Below, piece by piece: positions 1-8,191 of a stretch of 20,000 nucleotides of DNA; positions within the stretch are counted from its first letter, which is position 1; every line of letters begins with the position of its first letter. The translations under genes were made by a program, and so were the position numbers. The notes under the pieces were generated by a model. It worked only from the letters and a program-made list of their open reading frames with translations. It made no database searches and was not told the DNA's origin. Source of the stretch: Candidatus Eiseniibacteriota bacterium (GTDB taxonomy: Bacteria; Orphanbacterota; Orphanbacteria; Orphanbacterales; Orphanbacteraceae); the NCBI GenBank assembly GCA_043809585.1, contig JBDROZ010000003.1:44422-64421 (forward strand), given 5' to 3'.

Positions 1-2
1 GC

Positions 3-1244
3 GCCTCGCTGCTCACGTCGCTCTACCCGGCGAGCCACACGGCGGTGGGAAACTCGGGGCTTCCCCGGTCCGCCCTCACCCTCGCCGAGGTGCTCGGCGG
101 CGCCGGCTACCGGACCTTCGGGGCCAGCGCGAACACGTTCATCACGCCGGTCTTCGGATTCGACCAAGGTTTCGATCGGCTGGTTACCCTCCCCCTGGTG
201 ACGGCGACGAAGAACGAGGTCGGATACCTCCTGCAGCGGATTTGCCGGCGGTTCGGGCGCTCAGCCCCCGCCGAGTGGCTGCTGGACCGGATGGTCGACT
301 TCGAACAGCGGTGGTTCTGGAGCGTCCACCCCGAGGTGTCCGAGCTATCGGCCTCCCAGGTGATCGAACCGTTCCTGGAGTGGCTCGGGGAGGGGAGCGG
401 CAGGGAGCCCTTCTTCGCCTACCTTCATTTTCTGGAGCCCCACTCCCTCTACGACCCGCCGCCCCCCTTCGACGCGAAGTTCGCCGGCGACTACCGGGGC
501 GAGTCCGTGGTCAACCACCCGCCCACGGCGGGGCTCTTCTCCCCGAAGAGCGCCGCCCGCCCCCTTCCGGAGCCGGAGCGGCGGAACATGGTGGACCGGT
601 ACGACGGGGAGATTCTCTACCTCGACGGGGAGATCGCCCGGCTCGTGGAGCGCCTCCGGAAGAGCGGGGTCTCGGACCGCAGCCTTCTCGTAATCGTGGC
701 CGATCACGGGGAGACCTTCTACGAGCACGGCATGTGGGGACACGGCCACTCGCTCTTCGACGAAGAACTTCGCGTCCCCCTGGCGGTGGTGATGCCCGGA
801 CGAATCCCGGCGGGGGGGCGGATCGACGGGACGGTCCGGATCGTCGACCTCATGCCCACCTTTCTCGATCTTCTCGGCGTTCCCGCCCCCGCCGGACTCC
901 AGGGGGAGAGTTTCGCCGGCCTCCTCGAAGCGGGGCGTGGAGGGGAAGACCGCCCCGCGTACAGCGAGATCGAGTGGAGCGGTTGGCGATACGACAGCCT
1001 CCGGAAGGACGGGTTCAAGCTGATTCGGGGGCCGGGCGGTCCGTGGCTCTTCGATCTGGTGGGCGACCCGGGGGAGAAGGAGAACCTCGCCGGGACGCTC
1101 CCCGAGAAGACCGCCGAATTCCTCGCGGAGATCGACGCCCTCCGGAGCGCCTTCGAGGGGGCCCGGCTCGACCGGCAGGGAGAGGAAGAGGCGCTCGACG
1201 AGACCACGGTGGAGCGCCTCCGCGCCCTCGGGTATATCCAATGA
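3..1244 (+). CDS. Sulfatase / alkaline-phosphatase-superfamily hydrolase (5'-truncated by the window edge)
   Basis: The frame is open from position 3 (ASLLTSLYPASHTA..., the tail of the sulfatase signature). It also carries GYRT, GFDQGFD, FFAYLHFLEPH, YDGEI, ADHGE, WGHG and C-terminal ERLRALGYI motifs; stop TGA at 1242-1244. Confidence 0.9.
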   Translation, partial: ASLLTSLYPASHTAVGNSGLPRSALTLAEVLGGAGYRTFGASANTFITPVFGFDQGFDRLVTLPLVTATKNEVGYLLQRICRRFGRSAPAEWLLDRMVDFEQRWFWSVHPEVSELSASQVIEPFLEWLGEGSGREPFFAYLHFLEPHSLYDPPPPFDAKFAGDYRGESVVNHPPTAGLFSPKSAARPLPEPERRNMVDRYDGEILYLDGEIARLVERLRKSGVSDRSLLVIVADHGETFYEHGMWGHGHSLFDEELRVPLAVVMPGRIPAGGRIDGTVRIVDLMPTFLDLLGVPAPAGLQGESFAGLLEAGRGGEDRPAYSEIEWSGWRYDSLRKDGFKLIRGPGGPWLFDLVGDPGEKENLAGTLPEKTAEFLAEIDALRSAFEGARLDRQGEEEALDETTVERLRALGYIQ

Positions 1245-1249
1245 GATGC

Positions 1250-1284
1250 AAAAAACCCGGCGAGGTCATGAAGACTTCGCCGGG
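1250..1284 (-). terminator. Intrinsic terminator for the sigma-factor transcript (possibly bidirectional)
   Basis: Stem cccggcgaggtc / gacttcgccggg (1256-1284) with an A6 run at 1250-1255 (U-tract on the minus strand), lying between convergent genes. Confidence 0.75.
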
Positions 1285-1334
1285 CTATGGATCCGAGCCT
1301 CGCCTGCCGGGGGAGGGTCTCGGTCTCGCGCTCG

Positions 1335-2201
1335 TCAGGCCATCAAGTAGGCCCGCAAGGACTCGCCCCTCGATCCATTGGCCAGCTTCTCGAGGGCTTT
1401 CTTCTTGATCTGCCGGACCCGCTCCCGGGAGAGGCTCATCCGTCCGCCGATCTCTTCCAGATTGAGCGTGCGGTCCGAATCGATGCCGAAATAGAGCCGC
1501 ACGACCTCCGCCTCCCGCTCGGTCAGCGTGTCCACGATTTCACGCACATGGCTCTGCATCCGGGTCTCGAGAAGGTCCGCGTCGGGGGGGGCGGCCTTCT
1601 CGTCCTTCACGTAGTCCCGAAGGCTGTTCTCGCCGTCGAAATCCTCCGGGCCTTCGAGAGAGAGGAACCGGCTGCTGATTCCCATCAGGTTGTAGACGTC
1701 GTATTCGGAGAGGTTCATCGCCTCGGAGAGCTCGGCCACTGTCGGCTCCTGATGGAAGGTCTTCCAATAGTTGTTCATGTGCTTCGACATCTTCTGAAGC
1801 AGGATCTCTTTGTTCATGGGAAGGCGGATGGCGTGGGAGTTCTCGATCACCGCCTGCTGCATGCGCTGCTTGATCCACCAGACCGCGTAAGTCGTGAACT
1901 TGAAGCCACGCGACTCGTCGAACTTCTTCACCGCCTTGATCAGGCCGATGTTTCCTTCATTGACCAGGTCCGACAGCGGGAGGCCGCGATTCATGTACTT
2001 CTTGGCCACGTAGACCACGAAGCGAAGGTGGGCGAGCACGAGGGCGTGCATGGCCGACTCGTCCCCTTCCCGGGCCCGCTTGGCAAGGCCCCCTTTCTCT
2101 TCCTCGGGAACCGTCGGAATCTTCTGGATCTCCCTCAGGTAGAGGGTCATCGCCTTGTCTTCCTGGGCTCCGGAAGAGCGGCTCGAGTAGTCCATTCTCA
2201 C
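1335..2201 (-). CDS. RNA polymerase sigma factor, RpoD/SigA family, short form lacking region 1.1
   Basis: Region 1.2 LYLREI, region 2 LRFVVYVAKKY..DLVNEGNIGLIKAVKKFD..RGFKFTTYAVWWIKQ, region 4 LEEIG...SRERVRQI; GTG start with GGAG 6 nt upstream. Confidence 0.93.
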   Translation of the reverse strand: MRMDYSSRSSGAQEDKAMTLYLREIQKIPTVPEEEKGGLAKRAREGDESAMHALVLAHLRFVVYVAKKYMNRGLPLSDLVNEGNIGLIKAVKKFDESRGFKFTTYAVWWIKQRMQQAVIENSHAIRLPMNKEILLQKMSKHMNNYWKTFHQEPTVAELSEAMNLSEYDVYNLMGISSRFLSLEGPEDFDGENSLRDYVKDEKAAPPDADLLETRMQSHVREIVDTLTEREAEVVRLYFGIDSDRTLNLEEIGGRMSLSRERVRQIKKKALEKLANGSRGESLRAYLMA

Positions 2202-2251
2202 ATCACGCTCCGATCTACGGACCGCGGGCGCCGCGGCCAGGGGGTGTCAAT

Positions 2252-2833
2252 CTACGGGGAGCGAAACTCGCTATGATCCGTGGGAGTTGAACCTCCGGAC
2301 GCCGGCGCGGTTCCCTCCGCGCCCGGGGTCGAAAGGGCGGCCCGCTGGGAAAGATCCACCCAGCCGATATCCGCGTGCAGCCCCCGCACGAGCGACGGTT
2401 TCTCCACCGGGCGCTCCCGGGCGCAGTCCACGCACGCTTCTTTCGGTTTCGGGGCATCGCACTCCCGGCATACCTCGAGATAGAGAAGCGATCGGTCCAG
2501 TTCCTTCTCCAGACTCTGAAGAGTCCGGATCGTCTTCCCGATCTGGTCCCGCTTCTCCGCGTACATCTCGCGCATCCGCGCCATCGCCTCGCGTCCGACC
2601 CGGACCTCGCCGATCGATCCGATCAGCTCCTGGATCTGAGTGAGGGAGAGCCCGAACGCCTGGAGGTGGGTGATCCACTCGAGCCGCTCCAAAGTCGACT
2701 CGGCGAAAATCCGGTAATGACCCTTAGTCCGCCCCAACGCGGAGATAAGCCCCATCTGCTCGTACAGATGGATCGCCCGAACGCTCTTTCCGCTCTCCCG
2801 GGCGAGTTCTCCCACTTTGAGGCAGCGATCCAT
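2252..2833 (-). CDS. MerR-family transcriptional regulator with C-terminal CxxC-x9-CxxC motif
   Basis: N-terminal MerR HTH (KVGELARESGKSVRAIHLYEQMGLI...RTKGHYRIF), coiled coil, then CREC...CVDC; SD GGAGGT 5 nt before the ATG. Confidence 0.9.
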   Translation of the reverse strand: MDRCLKVGELARESGKSVRAIHLYEQMGLISALGRTKGHYRIFAESTLERLEWITHLQAFGLSLTQIQELIGSIGEVRVGREAMARMREMYAEKRDQIGKTIRTLQSLEKELDRSLLYLEVCRECDAPKPKEACVDCARERPVEKPSLVRGLHADIGWVDLSQRAALSTPGAEGTAPASGGSTPTDHSEFRSP

Positions 2834-2848
2834 CGGTCACCTCCAGCC

Positions 2849-2870
2849 CTAACCCTTACGTTAAGGTCAG
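2849..2870. promoter_or_regulatory. MerR-type dyad operator (probable autoregulatory site)
   Basis: ctaacccttac|gttaaggtcag, 8 of 11 positions palindromic, resembling ACCTT-N-AAGGT MerR-family dyads; overlaps the predicted TSS of the merR promoter. Confidence 0.6.
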
Positions 2871-2874
2871 GCCT

Positions 2875-2903
2875 AGAATACCATCGGCCTTCCCGCATGT
2901 CAA
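2875..2903 (-). promoter_or_regulatory. sigma70 promoter of the merR-sigma unit
   Basis: Minus strand TTGACA-17 nt-TATTCT with extended TG (TGgTATTCT). Confidence 0.75.
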
Positions 2904-3059
2904 CATAAATGCTCACATTTTTTTGACTTCCGGGGAATCCCGTCAACGTGTTATAAAAAAACAGGTTATAAGAATATGCCCGGGGAGATTCTTCTCCGGT
3001 TCTCGGTTCGGCAGGTGAAGAACCCGCCGGTTTTTTTCGAAACTGACCCCGAATCGTCT

Positions 3060-4925
3060 CTAGAGGCGGCCGGCGAGATGATCCCTGTACGCCCCTTCCG
3101 CGAGGGTCCGGAGCGGAAAATCGTGGGCGATCCAAAAGATGTTGCGCCTCTCCCATCCCGGTGCGAATCCCTCCGGAAAGCCGGCGAGGAGCCGCTCCCG
3201 GTCGGGGATCCTGCCCCGGAGACGCTCGACCATGAAGAGGGAGAAGTAGATCGTGTTCCTCTCCACCGGGTCCGGGGGGATGGCGCGGCGGAGAAACTCC
3301 CTGGCGTACCTTTCCCGGTACGATTCGGGGGAGGCGGACCGGCGGGCGAGAAGCCGGACCGAGCCGTTTCGGAAACGGCCGATCTCCTGGTGCTGCGGGT
3401 AGAGCCGGGCGGCGAGCGCCCCGGCGGGCCCCCGGACCAGCATGTAGTCGGCGAGGTCCGTCACAACGTCCCGGTCCAGGGTCCCGTAGGCCCGGGGCCA
3501 AGTCGCCCGGCGGTTGTACGCGTTGATCGCCGGGAAGTAGAAGAGGTCCTCGAACCGCTCGTACGCCCGCTCCCTCCCCCTCTCCCACTGGGGCAGGTCG
3601 AGGTCGTACGACACGGCCGGGGCGAAGTACCAGGTGAGCCCCAGAGCCTCGTTCGGCCCGAAGCCGGCGAGGGCGATGCTCTTCGTGAACCGCCAGCGGT
3701 AGATGTCGATGCTCCCGCCCGGAGATGTCCGGTGCCGGTCTCTTTCCGCGTCCGCGGCGACCATGGAAAGCTCGATCCTCTTCGCCTCGAGGGGCCCGGT
3801 CATCCGGTAAGGCAAATCCACCAGATCCCGAGTCACCGCGAGATACTGGGCGAGGGCGACGGCCACGGCCGCCGCGGCGAGGGCCGGCCGGAGACGCCTC
3901 CCCCGGATCCTCTCGATGCCGGCGGTGACGAGGAGAAGGGCCGGCACCAGGCAGGGAGCCATGTGGCGGGGCTCCTTCACGACCTGCATCGTCAGGACCA
4001 GGCAGGGGACGAGCCACCAGAGCCAGAGAACGATGAATCGGTCCCGGAGCGGCCCCGTCTTGCGCCCGCCGACTCGACGGCGAAGGGCGAAGGGGACGAC
4101 CAGAAGGAACGCCAGGAACCAGAGCCCGGTCCGGCCCGTCTGCACGGCATAGTAGAGGAGGGAATCGAGGGAGAGCCGGTCGGGTGGCCCGAGGAGCCTC
4201 ATGATCGGAATCCGGGTGTTGCCGAGGGAGAGATAGTATCGGAACGACTCGGGAGCGGCGAATCGGATCCCGAGGACCACAGCGGCGGCCGGAAGGAGGG
4301 TCGCGGCGGCGAGGAGGGCCAGCCGCCGCCCCTCCCTCGCCCGTAGGGCGGACACCCCTTCGAACAGGACGGGCCCCAAGAAGAAGAGGGCGAAGGTCAT
4401 CTTTATCAGAAGTCCGGCGGCGAAGAGCGCCCCGAAAAGGAGCGCGAAAGGCGCCCTCCGGAATCGGTCGGTGCGGAACCAGACCGCGAAAGCGAGGGCG
4501 ACCGCCGCCGTCAGAGTAAACTCGGTGTAGAGTTCCCGGGAGAGGCCGAGGAGCAGAGGGGCGCCGAGAACCAGCACGAGGGGGAAGGCCGGCGTGGTCC
4601 GGAGGCCGAAGGAACGGACGAGGAGGACGAGGGAGGCGGCGAGGACCAGCGCGGCGAAGAGATTCACGTGGAGGGCCGCCGCGGGGGTGTCCTTCACGGC
4701 GAGGAAGGGAACGACGAGATAGGGGAATGCGGACGCGACCGAGAAACCGCCCGCCGGCGCCCCCCCCTCCCGGAGGACCGAGGCGAAGTCGTGATACTGG
4801 GCGGGGTCCATCCAGGAGAACCCGTCCCGGTCCCGAATGTCCCGGTGCAGGTCGACGGCCCAGGCGGCGAGGAAGAGGGCGAGAATCAGCCAACCGATCC
4901 GGCCGAGGCGTTTCTTCCCTGCCAT
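3060..4925 (-). CDS. Polytopic membrane glycosyltransferase-like protein (GT-C fold, ArnT/PMT-like)
   Basis: About 11 hydrophobic segments, first-loop 'WMDPAQY', 'GLLIK.TF' and 'KEPRH..P' motifs typical of GT-C/ArnT-like proteins, and a soluble C-terminal domain. Confidence 0.7.
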   Translation of the reverse strand: MAGKKRLGRIGWLILALFLAAWAVDLHRDIRDRDGFSWMDPAQYHDFASVLREGGAPAGGFSVASAFPYLVVPFLAVKDTPAAALHVNLFAALVLAASLVLLVRSFGLRTTPAFPLVLVLGAPLLLGLSRELYTEFTLTAAVALAFAVWFRTDRFRRAPFALLFGALFAAGLLIKMTFALFFLGPVLFEGVSALRAREGRRLALLAAATLLPAAAVVLGIRFAAPESFRYYLSLGNTRIPIMRLLGPPDRLSLDSLLYYAVQTGRTGLWFLAFLLVVPFALRRRVGGRKTGPLRDRFIVLWLWWLVPCLVLTMQVVKEPRHMAPCLVPALLLVTAGIERIRGRRLRPALAAAAVAVALAQYLAVTRDLVDLPYRMTGPLEAKRIELSMVAADAERDRHRTSPGGSIDIYRWRFTKSIALAGFGPNEALGLTWYFAPAVSYDLDLPQWERGRERAYERFEDLFYFPAINAYNRRATWPRAYGTLDRDVVTDLADYMLVRGPAGALAARLYPQHQEIGRFRNGSVRLLARRSASPESYRERYAREFLRRAIPPDPVERNTIYFSLFMVERLRGRIPDRERLLAGFPEGFAPGWERRNIFWIAHDFPLRTLAEGAYRDHLAGRL

Positions 4926-5024
4926 CGGACGATTGCCTCCCCTCCTCGGGCCCGTCCGCGATTGACCGGCGCGGAGCGGACCCCGGGCCGGCGTCAGAGG
5001 TGCGATGGCCCGGCGGGGCCAAGG

Positions 5025-5741
5025 CTAACCTCGGGGGACCTGCGCCGGCGCCTGCTCCATCTCCTTCGACTTCTCGAAACGGAACGGGGACATGCGGACC
5101 CAGCTCCCCTCGGACGGGACGCCGGGAAAGATGACCCGGATCAGACCCTCGGGCAGGAACATCAGTGATTTCAGGTCCTCCGGAAATGCCCGCACCTCGC
5201 CGCCGTAAAGGGAGACCCCCTCCGACTCGACGTGATCGAGGCTCTGCTTCATCGCCTCCAGGTCCTTCTCCACGTTGTTCCGCTGGACCTCGTCCGTGAT
5301 GTTGGAAACCTGCTCCTCGACGAGCCGGATCTGCTCGGTCAGTCGGCTCCGCGCCTCCAGCTGCATGAGGGTGAGAGTGGAATCGACGGGGAGTGACGGA
5401 TCGATCGGGTAGACCGCGCTGAATCCCTCCCATCCGTAGTACAGGTTCCGGTGGGTGGCGGAAATGTCCCGGAACATGTCGAAGTAGACGGCGGGCGGAA
5501 CGTACCGGTTCAGGTTGATCGCCGCGTCGATCTCCATGTCGGCCTTGTTGAGACAGGCGTACTCGAGGGACTCGAAGGACTTGGGGATCAGCCATTCGAT
5601 CTTCTGGCTGAACGACTGAAGCGAATCCGGAATCGTCTTGATCTCCTTCCCCTCACCGCCCCCCTTCTTCCCACATCCGGCCAGGAAGACCAGGGCGGCC
5701 CCGAGGAGGATAGTCCTCCCGGCCGTCGATCGGTATCGCAT
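5025..5741 (-). CDS. Hypothetical lipoprotein
   Basis: Start reassigned to ATG 5741 ([23 protein letters not shown]), giving lipobox LAGC; GGAG upstream; coding-like composition; promoter just upstream. Confidence 0.75.
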   Translation of the reverse strand: MRYRSTAGRTILLGAALVFLAGCGKKGGGEGKEIKTIPDSLQSFSQKIEWLIPKSFESLEYACLNKADMEIDAAINLNRYVPPAVYFDMFRDISATHRNLYYGWEGFSAVYPIDPSLPVDSTLTLMQLEARSRLTEQIRLVEEQVSNITDEVQRNNVEKDLEAMKQSLDHVESEGVSLYGGEVRAFPEDLKSLMFLPEGLIRVIFPGVPSEGSWVRMSPFRFEKSKEMEQAPAQVPRG

Positions 5742-5842
5742 GGTTCGCCGCACTCCTCTCCTCTCGGATTCAGGCTCGGTCCGAGATCGACTCGGCACCT
5801 CTTCGTTATCGTCCGCGCCGGGACCCGGCCGTTCGAAGGCGG

Positions 5843-5871
5843 ATCGTATCACGCGCCGGGAGGGGACTCAA
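5843..5871 (-). promoter_or_regulatory. sigma70 promoter for the lipoprotein/GT-C unit
   Basis: Minus strand TTGAGT-17-TACGAT with extended TG. Confidence 0.55.
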
Positions 5872-5887
5872 GGTCGGGAGGCCGCCG

Positions 5888-5917
5888 TTGACGCCCCCCT
5901 CCCGGAGCCCCTATACT
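5888..5917 (+). promoter_or_regulatory. sigma70 promoter for the MBL-aroC unit
   Basis: TTGACG-18-TATACT, divergent from the previous promoter. Confidence 0.6.
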
Positions 5918-5981
5918 CTTCGGAGCGCGGGGGCGCCGACTAGCCCCCTTTCGCGCTCTTTCGGCCCGTCGAGGCGACCTC

Positions 5982-6650
5982 ATGAATCCGAACGGCCCAT
6001 GCTTCCCCGGCCCCTCCGGACCGGCCTCCCTGGCCGGGGGCCTTCGCTGGCTCGGGCACTCCTCCTTCCGCGTCGACGGATCGAAGACGGTCTACATCGA
6101 TCCGTGGAATCTCGGTCCCGGCCCTCACCCCCCGGCGGACCTCGTTCTCGTCACCCATCCCCATTACGATCATTGTTCCCCCTCCGACCTCGCCCGGATC
6201 CCGGGGATCGAGAGCGCGGAGATCGTGACCGTGGCGGACGGGGCGAGGAAGATCGGCCGGCCCTGCCGGGTGATCGCGCCCGGCGGGAGAACGACGGCGA
6301 AAGGGGTGGACGTCACGGCCGTGGCGGCGTACAACAAGGAGCGGCCCCACCACCCCCGTCTGAACGGCTGGGTCGGGTTCCTGTTCCGGATGGACGGCCG
6401 GACGATCTACCATGCCGGCGACACGGACCGGATTCCGGAGATGGCGGAGATACGCTGCCAGATCGCCCTCCTCCCGGTGGGGGGCTCGTACACGATGAAC
6501 GCCGAGGAGGCGGCCCTCGCCGCCGGCGACATGGAAGCGGAACTCGCGGTGCCCATGCACTACGGCGGCCCGGCGGGGACGGAGGAGGACGGGCACCATT
6601 TCCTCCGGCTATCCCCCGTCCCGGTCGCCCTGCTCCCGGCACGGCGTTAG
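5982..6650 (+). CDS. MBL-fold metallo-hydrolase (UlaG/UPF0173-like)
   Basis: WLGHSSF, IDPW, THPHYDH (HxHxDH), [15 protein letters not shown] and PMHY motifs; GAGG SD. Confidence 0.9.
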   Translation: MNPNGPCFPGPSGPASLAGGLRWLGHSSFRVDGSKTVYIDPWNLGPGPHPPADLVLVTHPHYDHCSPSDLARIPGIESAEIVTVADGARKIGRPCRVIAPGGRTTAKGVDVTAVAAYNKERPHHPRLNGWVGFLFRMDGRTIYHAGDTDRIPEMAEIRCQIALLPVGGSYTMNAEEAALAAGDMEAELAVPMHYGGPAGTEEDGHHFLRLSPVPVALLPARR

Positions 6651-6667
6651 CGGAGAGGAGAAGCCCC

Positions 6668-7750
6668 ATGGGCAATACATTCGGGCACCTCTTCCGGGTC
6701 ACCACCTGGGGCGAGTCCCACGGCGGCGGCGTGGGCGTGGTGATCGACGGTTGTCCCCCGCGGCTCGAGGTGGACGAGGCGGAGATCCAATCCGAACTCG
6801 ACCGCCGCCGCCCGGGGCAGAGCGCGCTCACGACCCAGCGGAAGGAGACCGACCTGGTCCGCGTCTACTCGGGGATCTTCGAGGGGAAGACCCTCGGAAC
6901 GCCGATCCTCCTCCTCGTGGAAAACCAGGACGCCCGGCCCGGAGAGTACGAAGACCTCCGCGACGTTTACCGCCCCTCTCACGCCGACTTCACCTACGAG
7001 GCGAAATACGGAATCCGGAACTGGCAGGGGGGCGGCCGGGCGAGCGCCCGGGAGACGGTGGGACGCGTCGCCGCGGGCGTAGTGGCCCGGAAGATCCTCC
7101 ATCGGGAGGCGGAGACGGAGATCATCGCCTACGTCAAGTCGGTCCACGAAATCGACGCGACCGTCGACCCGGACCGGGTGAAGTTCCAGGACGTCGAGCA
7201 GAGCGAGGTGCGGTGTCCGGACGGGGAGGCGAGCCGGCGGATGGCGGAGTTGATCCGGGAGGCGAAGGAGGCGGGCGATTCCCTCGGCGGCGTCATCGAG
7301 TGCGTGGCCCGGAAGGTGCCGGCCGGTCTCGGCGAGCCGGTATTCGACAAGCTGGACGCGGACCTCGCGAAGGCATTCCTCTCCATCCCCGCCACGAAGG
7401 GTTTCGAGATCGGCTCGGGGTTCTCCGCCACCCGACTGAAGGGGTCGGAGCACAACGACCCGTTCGTGCCGAAGGAAGGGCGGATCGGGACGTCGTCCAA
7501 CCGCTCCGGCGGCGTGCAGGGGGGGATCTCGAACGGGGAGAACATCGTGGTGAGGATCGCCTTCAAGCCGACCGCCACGATCGCCAAGATGCAGAAGACC
7601 GTCTCCCGGGAGGGGAAGATCGCCGAAATCCGTCCCCGAGGACGCCACGACCCGTGCGTCCTTCCCCGGGCCGTCCCGATCGTGGAGGCGATGATGGCGA
7701 TCACCCTCGCCGATCACCTGCTCCGGCAGAATGCCCTCCGGGGACGCTGA
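6668..7750 (+). CDS. aroC: Chorismate synthase
   Basis: True start ATG 6668 ([19 protein letters not shown]); [28 protein letters not shown] and GRHDPC signatures; GGAG SD. Confidence 0.98.
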   Translation: MGNTFGHLFRVTTWGESHGGGVGVVIDGCPPRLEVDEAEIQSELDRRRPGQSALTTQRKETDLVRVYSGIFEGKTLGTPILLLVENQDARPGEYEDLRDVYRPSHADFTYEAKYGIRNWQGGGRASARETVGRVAAGVVARKILHREAETEIIAYVKSVHEIDATVDPDRVKFQDVEQSEVRCPDGEASRRMAELIREAKEAGDSLGGVIECVARKVPAGLGEPVFDKLDADLAKAFLSIPATKGFEIGSGFSATRLKGSEHNDPFVPKEGRIGTSSNRSGGVQGGISNGENIVVRIAFKPTATIAKMQKTVSREGKIAEIRPRGRHDPCVLPRAVPIVEAMMAITLADHLLRQNALRGR

Positions 7751-7782
7751 CCGGCCCTCGGGCTCTCGACGGTTCCTGCCTT

Positions 7783-8187
7783 TCAGAATTGTCTTTCGTA
7801 GCGCTTCCGGTCGAACTCTTCCTTCTCACGGTCGATCCAGTACGTCCCGGCTTCCGGATCGATCTTCCTGTCGAGGAGATCCTTTCCGAGCAGGCGGAGG
7901 AGGAGACCGATCGGCGTGAAAAGAACATAGAAGATCACGATCAGGATCAGCCGCGTGTTGAACCAGCCGAGGGCGCGGGCGATCTTCGTCAGGACCCAGT
8001 GGACCGGACGGACCAAGGGCGGAAAGAGGAGCGCCGAGAGGAGCCCCCAGAGGGCAAAGAGATAGAACACGAAGGCCGTGGTCCGGTGGTCCCTCCAGAG
8101 CCAGACCGACCCGATCCCGCCCGCCACCACGATCAGGGCGATCGAGAACTTACGGAGCTCTTTGCGGTCCGGCGCGTTCGGCGTCAT
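7783..8187 (-). CDS. SxtJ-family membrane protein
   Basis: 'ELRKF', hydrophobic segments, 'LGWFNTRLIL..IFY..FTPIG..R..GKD.L' and 'YWIDR....YERQF' C-terminus; directly follows the carbamoyltransferase. Confidence 0.8.
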   Translation of the reverse strand: MTPNAPDRKELRKFSIALIVVAGGIGSVWLWRDHRTTAFVFYLFALWGLLSALLFPPLVRPVHWVLTKIARALGWFNTRLILIVIFYVLFTPIGLLLRLLGKDLLDRKIDPEAGTYWIDREKEEFDRKRYERQF

Positions 8188-8191
8188 GGCC

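Noticed and set aside
2220-2250. Separate promoter for the sigma gene (minus-strand TTGACA at 2245-2250)
   Set aside because: No -10-like hexamer at 16-19 bp spacing.
2623-5595. 990-aa minus-strand ORF and other long Arg/Pro/Gly-rich ORFs (242-1408, 6751-8304, 12620-14986, 17517-19157, etc.)
   Set aside because: Shadow frames of real genes; stop-codon scarcity in GC-rich DNA explains them, and they carry no domain motifs.
5888-6667. Apparent 260-aa N-terminal extension of AroC (possible fusion or frameshift with the MBL gene)
   Set aside because: The extension is low-complexity off-frame sequence over the MBL gene; aroC has its own SD and canonical start at 6668.
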